Origin: Nitrosopumilus sp.
GTDB lineage: Archaea > Thermoproteota > Nitrososphaeria > Nitrososphaerales > Nitrosopumilaceae
DNA: 64,000 nt
Direction: 5' to 3'
Assembly (NCBI GenBank): GCA_965207445.1
Contig: CBDBLX010000002.1
Span: 1,527,849-1,591,848 of the forward strand
Part shown: piece after piece, positions 61,558 to 64,000 of the stretch
How positions within the stretch are numbered: position 1 is the first letter of the stretch
Layout: the number at the start of each line of letters is the position of its first letter
The notes under the pieces: generated by a model
The model's database searches: none
Told to the model about the DNA's origin: nothing
What the model saw: the letters and a program-made list of their open reading frames with translations, nothing else
Position numbers and translations under genes: made by a program

Positions 61558-62265
61558 TTAGATCAAAAGACGATCAATTGCGTTGACAAACACATCAAGT
61601 GGTTGGTTTCCACGTATCTTAATTACATGTGTATCATTGAATATCATAAATGAGGGAGTTGCATCAATTCCAATGTTTTGTCCCGACTCATATGCATCCT
61701 CAACATACAAGACATATCTTTGTTCATCAACACACTGTGCAAATTCAGATTTGTTAAGATTTATCTGATCAGCAAAGTCATATATCGCATCATCTGTTAT
61801 CCAACCAGTATTCTCACCACCCCAGTTCTCGTACAATATATTATGGTATTCCCAATATTTTAATTGATCTTTTGCACAATGAGAAGCAGATGCTGCTAAT
61901 ACAGAGTCAGGTCCGTTGAGTGGAAAGTCTTGAAATACAAGACGCACCTTGTTTGTATCGATATAGTGTGATTTAATATAATCTAATGTGTCATTGTGAA
62001 ATAAAAAGCAAAACGTGCATTGATAGTCACCCCACTCTACAATCGTGACGGGTGCATCAGATTCACCTAAAAATGGAGAGCCACCTTTGATCAAAGAAGA
62101 TGCATAAAGTAGAGTAGTTGAGCTAGAATCGACAAGTTTGATGTGTGTGTATGTTTGGGATGTTTGAGCAATATTATTATCACTATAGTAAGATGCCAAA
62201 AACAATCCTGCAGTAATACCAACTATAACAGGTATCACAAAAAATACCAAACCATTGTACATCAC
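61558..62265 (-). CDS. DsbA/thioredoxin-fold protein
   Basis: N-terminal TM; G..DAPVTIVEWGDYQCTFC, DFPL, GIDATPSF, GNQP. Confidence 0.88.
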   Translation of the reverse strand: MMYNGLVFFVIPVIVGITAGLFLASYYSDNNIAQTSQTYTHIKLVDSSSTTLLYASSLIKGGSPFLGESDAPVTIVEWGDYQCTFCFLFHNDTLDYIKSHYIDTNKVRLVFQDFPLNGPDSVLAASASHCAKDQLKYWEYHNILYENWGGENTGWITDDAIYDFADQINLNKSEFAQCVDEQRYVLYVEDAYESGQNIGIDATPSFMIFNDTHVIKIRGNQPLDVFVNAIDRLLI

Positions 62266-62451
62266 AGATATAAAAAATATGCTTGAAATAACTGTTTGTT
62301 GAACTTGATTTTATATTTAAATTGGTTATCCTATGATAACATCCCAAGTCCGTCAGATGACGATCCGAGAGTTTCTTCAATTTTACACCCAGGTTGTGTA
62401 GTGAGTCGTTTATGGCTTACGCTAAGGTGTGAATTTCCAATACGTTTGGTT

Positions 62452-62533
62452 GTAACCGTTCAACCCCCGGTACCTGCGCCAGACGTTAGGCAGTGAATTT
62501 GTGCCTAAATTTGGGAAGGGGTTGAACGGTTAC
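62452..62533 (+). mobile_element. MITE family 1 (82 bp)
   Basis: GTAACCGTTCAACCCC / GGGGTTGAACGGTTAC perfect 16-bp ends. Confidence 0.9.
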
Positions 62534-62576
62534 GGCCACTCCCAAATTATATATAATCCACATCACCTTAATATCT

Positions 62577-63413
62577 TTGAAAGATATTATGGTTGCACAA
62601 AATATAACACTGGGCCCACAGGAGACCAAACTCCTCTTCACGCTGGAGGAGAACGGATCAAGCACCTTTGGTATGGATGATGTTACGAGTATACTGGGAT
62701 CAGGGGCGGCGGCCAGCAGGCAGGTGGCCAGCAGGCTGACGCAAAAGGGGCGGATTCGCAGAATTGAGCGGGGCAGGTACATGCTTGTGCCATCGCGCGC
62801 AGGCGTTTTGGGACACTGGGCAGAAGAACCATGGGCAGTTGTTCCGCGCCTGTTTGATGAATACTATGTCGGGTTCCTAACCGCCATGAACTATTGGGGA
62901 ATGACAGAACAGATTCCACATACGGTCTTTGTTGCAACGCCAAAAAGGAGAAAGAACAGGCGGCTGGAGTTTGGAAACCAGCAGTACGAGTTCATCACAC
63001 TTGCCAGGAAAAAATTCTTTGGGTTTGTCACGGAAATAGCATGGAATACAAGTTTCAACATATCAAGCAGGGAAAAGACAATAGTCGACGGACTGACCCA
63101 TCCCGAATACTGCGGCGGGATTCCAGAGGTGGCAAAGGCGATGTGGAATGTGCGCAGTGAGGTATGCTGGAGCGATGTCACAAGGGCCGCAGAACGGACA
63201 AAGATCGGTGTGGTGATGCAGAGACTCGGATACCTGCTATCTGTCATGGGTCTTGAAAGCCACGTATCAGAGTCAATAACTGCAAGGGTGGACAGCTGTC
63301 CGCAACAGTATCTGGATCCATGCGTGCCAAAAAAAAGGATCGAATCAAGCGCCAAGTACAGGCTGACAGTCAACAGGAGCAGAGAGGAGCTGCTCGGGTG
63401 GATGGATCACTGA
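62577..63413 (+). CDS. AbiEi-family (type IV TA) antitoxin/regulator
   Basis: wHTH RL..KGRIRRIERGRY, YYVGFLTAMNYWGMTEQIP, REKTIVD, QRLGYLL; visibly GC-richer than the flanks. ATG alternative at 62589. Confidence 0.85.
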   Translation: MKDIMVAQNITLGPQETKLLFTLEENGSSTFGMDDVTSILGSGAAASRQVASRLTQKGRIRRIERGRYMLVPSRAGVLGHWAEEPWAVVPRLFDEYYVGFLTAMNYWGMTEQIPHTVFVATPKRRKNRRLEFGNQQYEFITLARKKFFGFVTEIAWNTSFNISSREKTIVDGLTHPEYCGGIPEVAKAMWNVRSEVCWSDVTRAAERTKIGVVMQRLGYLLSVMGLESHVSESITARVDSCPQQYLDPCVPKKRIESSAKYRLTVNRSREELLGWMDH

Positions 63414-63550
63414 TGGAAGAAAATCAACTGTGTAGCATGGCAGACAGGCAGGGAATCTCCATGTGGATGCTAGAAAAAGATCATGCGCTGACATGCCTGC
63501 TTTCTGTAATTTCCAACTTTCCCAAGATCGGTGTGAACCAATCTCCATGA
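63413..63550 (+). pseudogene. Truncated AbiEii-family nucleotidyltransferase toxin
   Basis: TGATG coupling; MEENQL..MA..QGI..WMLEKDHALT.LL..I, then enters the MITE at 63531 and stops. Confidence 0.75.
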
Positions 63551-63679
63551 CTTATATGATCATTTAAAAATAACTCCTAGCCAAATATATCGCATGCACG
63601 ATGCTCAATATGCAAACAAGAATGTGACCAAATACAAGTATATGATTTCATTATTACGTTCAAAGAGCGTGGTTCACAC
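63531..63679 (+). mobile_element. MITE family 3 (149 bp)
   Basis: Ends GTGTGAACCA / TGGTTCACAC; homologous to 48329-48477 and 12430-12575. Confidence 0.82.
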
Positions 63680-63747
63680 AATTTACGAATTATGTAACAC
63701 GCTAACGCATGGATACAATTTTTATTAATCAATATTGCACAAGATGT

Positions 63748-64000
63748 ATGTCATTACAACAACTTCCCAGTGCCAATCATATAGCAGATTTCATGTTAGC
63801 CATGGCTAAATTAGACTATAATATGGATATTGACCAGTTACAACTTAACAAATTATGCTACCTTGTAAACGGCTTTACACTAAAAGAACAAGACACACCT
63901 GCATTTTATAATGACGTTGAAGCTTGGCGGTATGGGCCCGTAATACCCGAAGTGTATGCAACATACAAGCATTATGGTGAGATACCAATAACACACTTGG
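63748..64000 (+). CDS. Panacea/DUF4065 (SocA/GepA-like) antitoxin-domain protein, runs off the window
   Basis: Own translation: MSLQQLPSANHIADFML...QLQLNKLCYLVNG...VEAWRYGPVIPEVY..YKHYG. Confidence 0.85.
   Translation, partial: MSLQQLPSANHIADFMLAMAKLDYNMDIDQLQLNKLCYLVNGFTLKEQDTPAFYNDVEAWRYGPVIPEVYATYKHYGEIPITHL

Overview
AT-rich archaeal chromosome segment, most likely from a Nitrosopumilaceae thaumarchaeon. This rests on egsA, TFB, aRF1, the trpEGDCBA order and thaumarchaeal-style hypotheticals. A host-associated (e.g. sponge) lifestyle is an inference from the eukaryote-like repeat proteins and widespread gene decay. Housekeeping genes (pfkB-like kinase, egsA, NAD kinase-HTH, pyrG, trp operon, pgk, DinG-like helicase, ilvD, tfb, HIT, aRF1, DsbA) alternate with accessory material. 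Main points: (1) an apparently complete 7.2-kb IS1595-family cargo transposon (24-bp TIRs, 8-bp target duplication) carrying a full-length Type ISP restriction-modification enzyme, a degenerate MTase and a 16-bp tandem array; (2) a 1559-aa predicted secreted protein built of 12 tandem Cache-like domains with no output domain, next to a roadblock-like gene; (3) a 3825-aa FG-GAP/FN3/NHL/Ig-repeat surface protein; (4) in-frame microsatellite-derived poly-Asn/Asp/Ser inserts in core enzymes; (5) three MITE families, one apparently IS66-derived; (6) several toxin-antitoxin loci in which the toxin is broken and the antitoxin is intact. No rRNA, tRNA or CRISPR array was recognised. All family assignments are by-eye motif recognition, not database searches.
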